64,000 nucleotides of DNA from Lingula anatina (lineage: Eukaryota; Animalia; Brachiopoda): the NCBI GenBank assembly GCA_051362555.1, contig CM120644.1, forward strand, positions 18,560,534 to 18,624,533, read 5' to 3'. Each line of letters opens with the position of its first letter. Positions within the stretch are counted from its first letter, which is position 1. Shown here piece by piece: positions 63,907-64,000 of this stretch. The position numbers and the translations under genes were made by a program. A model generated the notes under the pieces. The model had not been told where the DNA came from. It made no database searches and worked only from the letters and a program-made list of their open reading frames with translations.

Positions 63907-64000
63907 GCGCATTCACAGCAGCGAAGTAACAGATCTGCGGATCAAATATAGCCGATCCACTAGAATGCTTGTAATGTAATCCCTGCGGGGTATCTATTCA
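63907..64000. mobile_element. Left arm of a Tourist-like MITE (7249 family), cut by the window end
   Basis: GGCGCATTCACAGCAG..GATCAAATATAGCCGATCCACT. Confidence 0.6.

Overview
Eukaryotic (invertebrate animal, probably lophotrochozoan; inferred from gene content and repeat types) AT-rich genomic DNA with spliced genes and many non-autonomous DNA transposons. Almost all ORF-track entries are spurious; real genes appear only after exon joining, which I did by hand (GT/AG boundaries, phases checked). Left to right: (1) 1.0-23.6 kb, a tandem triplication of a ~7-8.7 kb unit, each copy carrying a two-coding-exon gene for a small secreted prepropeptide (signal peptide / Gln-rich pro-region / RRKTR furin-type site / cationic Cys-rich 36-39 aa mature peptide). 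I cannot assign it to a known family, and its mature region is hypervariable between paralogs. This is the best candidate for an undescribed system (defence, toxin or signalling peptide family). (2) 23.5-27.1 kb, a 4-exon orphan gene (~139 aa, C-terminal CCC cluster) whose 5' end was co-duplicated. (3) 30.4-37.4 kb (-), a 296-aa tandem-GNAT acyltransferase with a 1.08-kb palindromic MITE dimer in its intron. (4) 40.1-50.5 kb (+), a Shisa-family gene with two alternative terminal TM exons, only one ending in a PDZ-binding motif. (5) 54.1-64 kb (-), two tandem Shiftless (SHFL/C19orf66/RyDEN) antiviral gene homologs separated by an inverted partial copy. No database searches or expression data were available, so all functional calls rest on remembered motifs.
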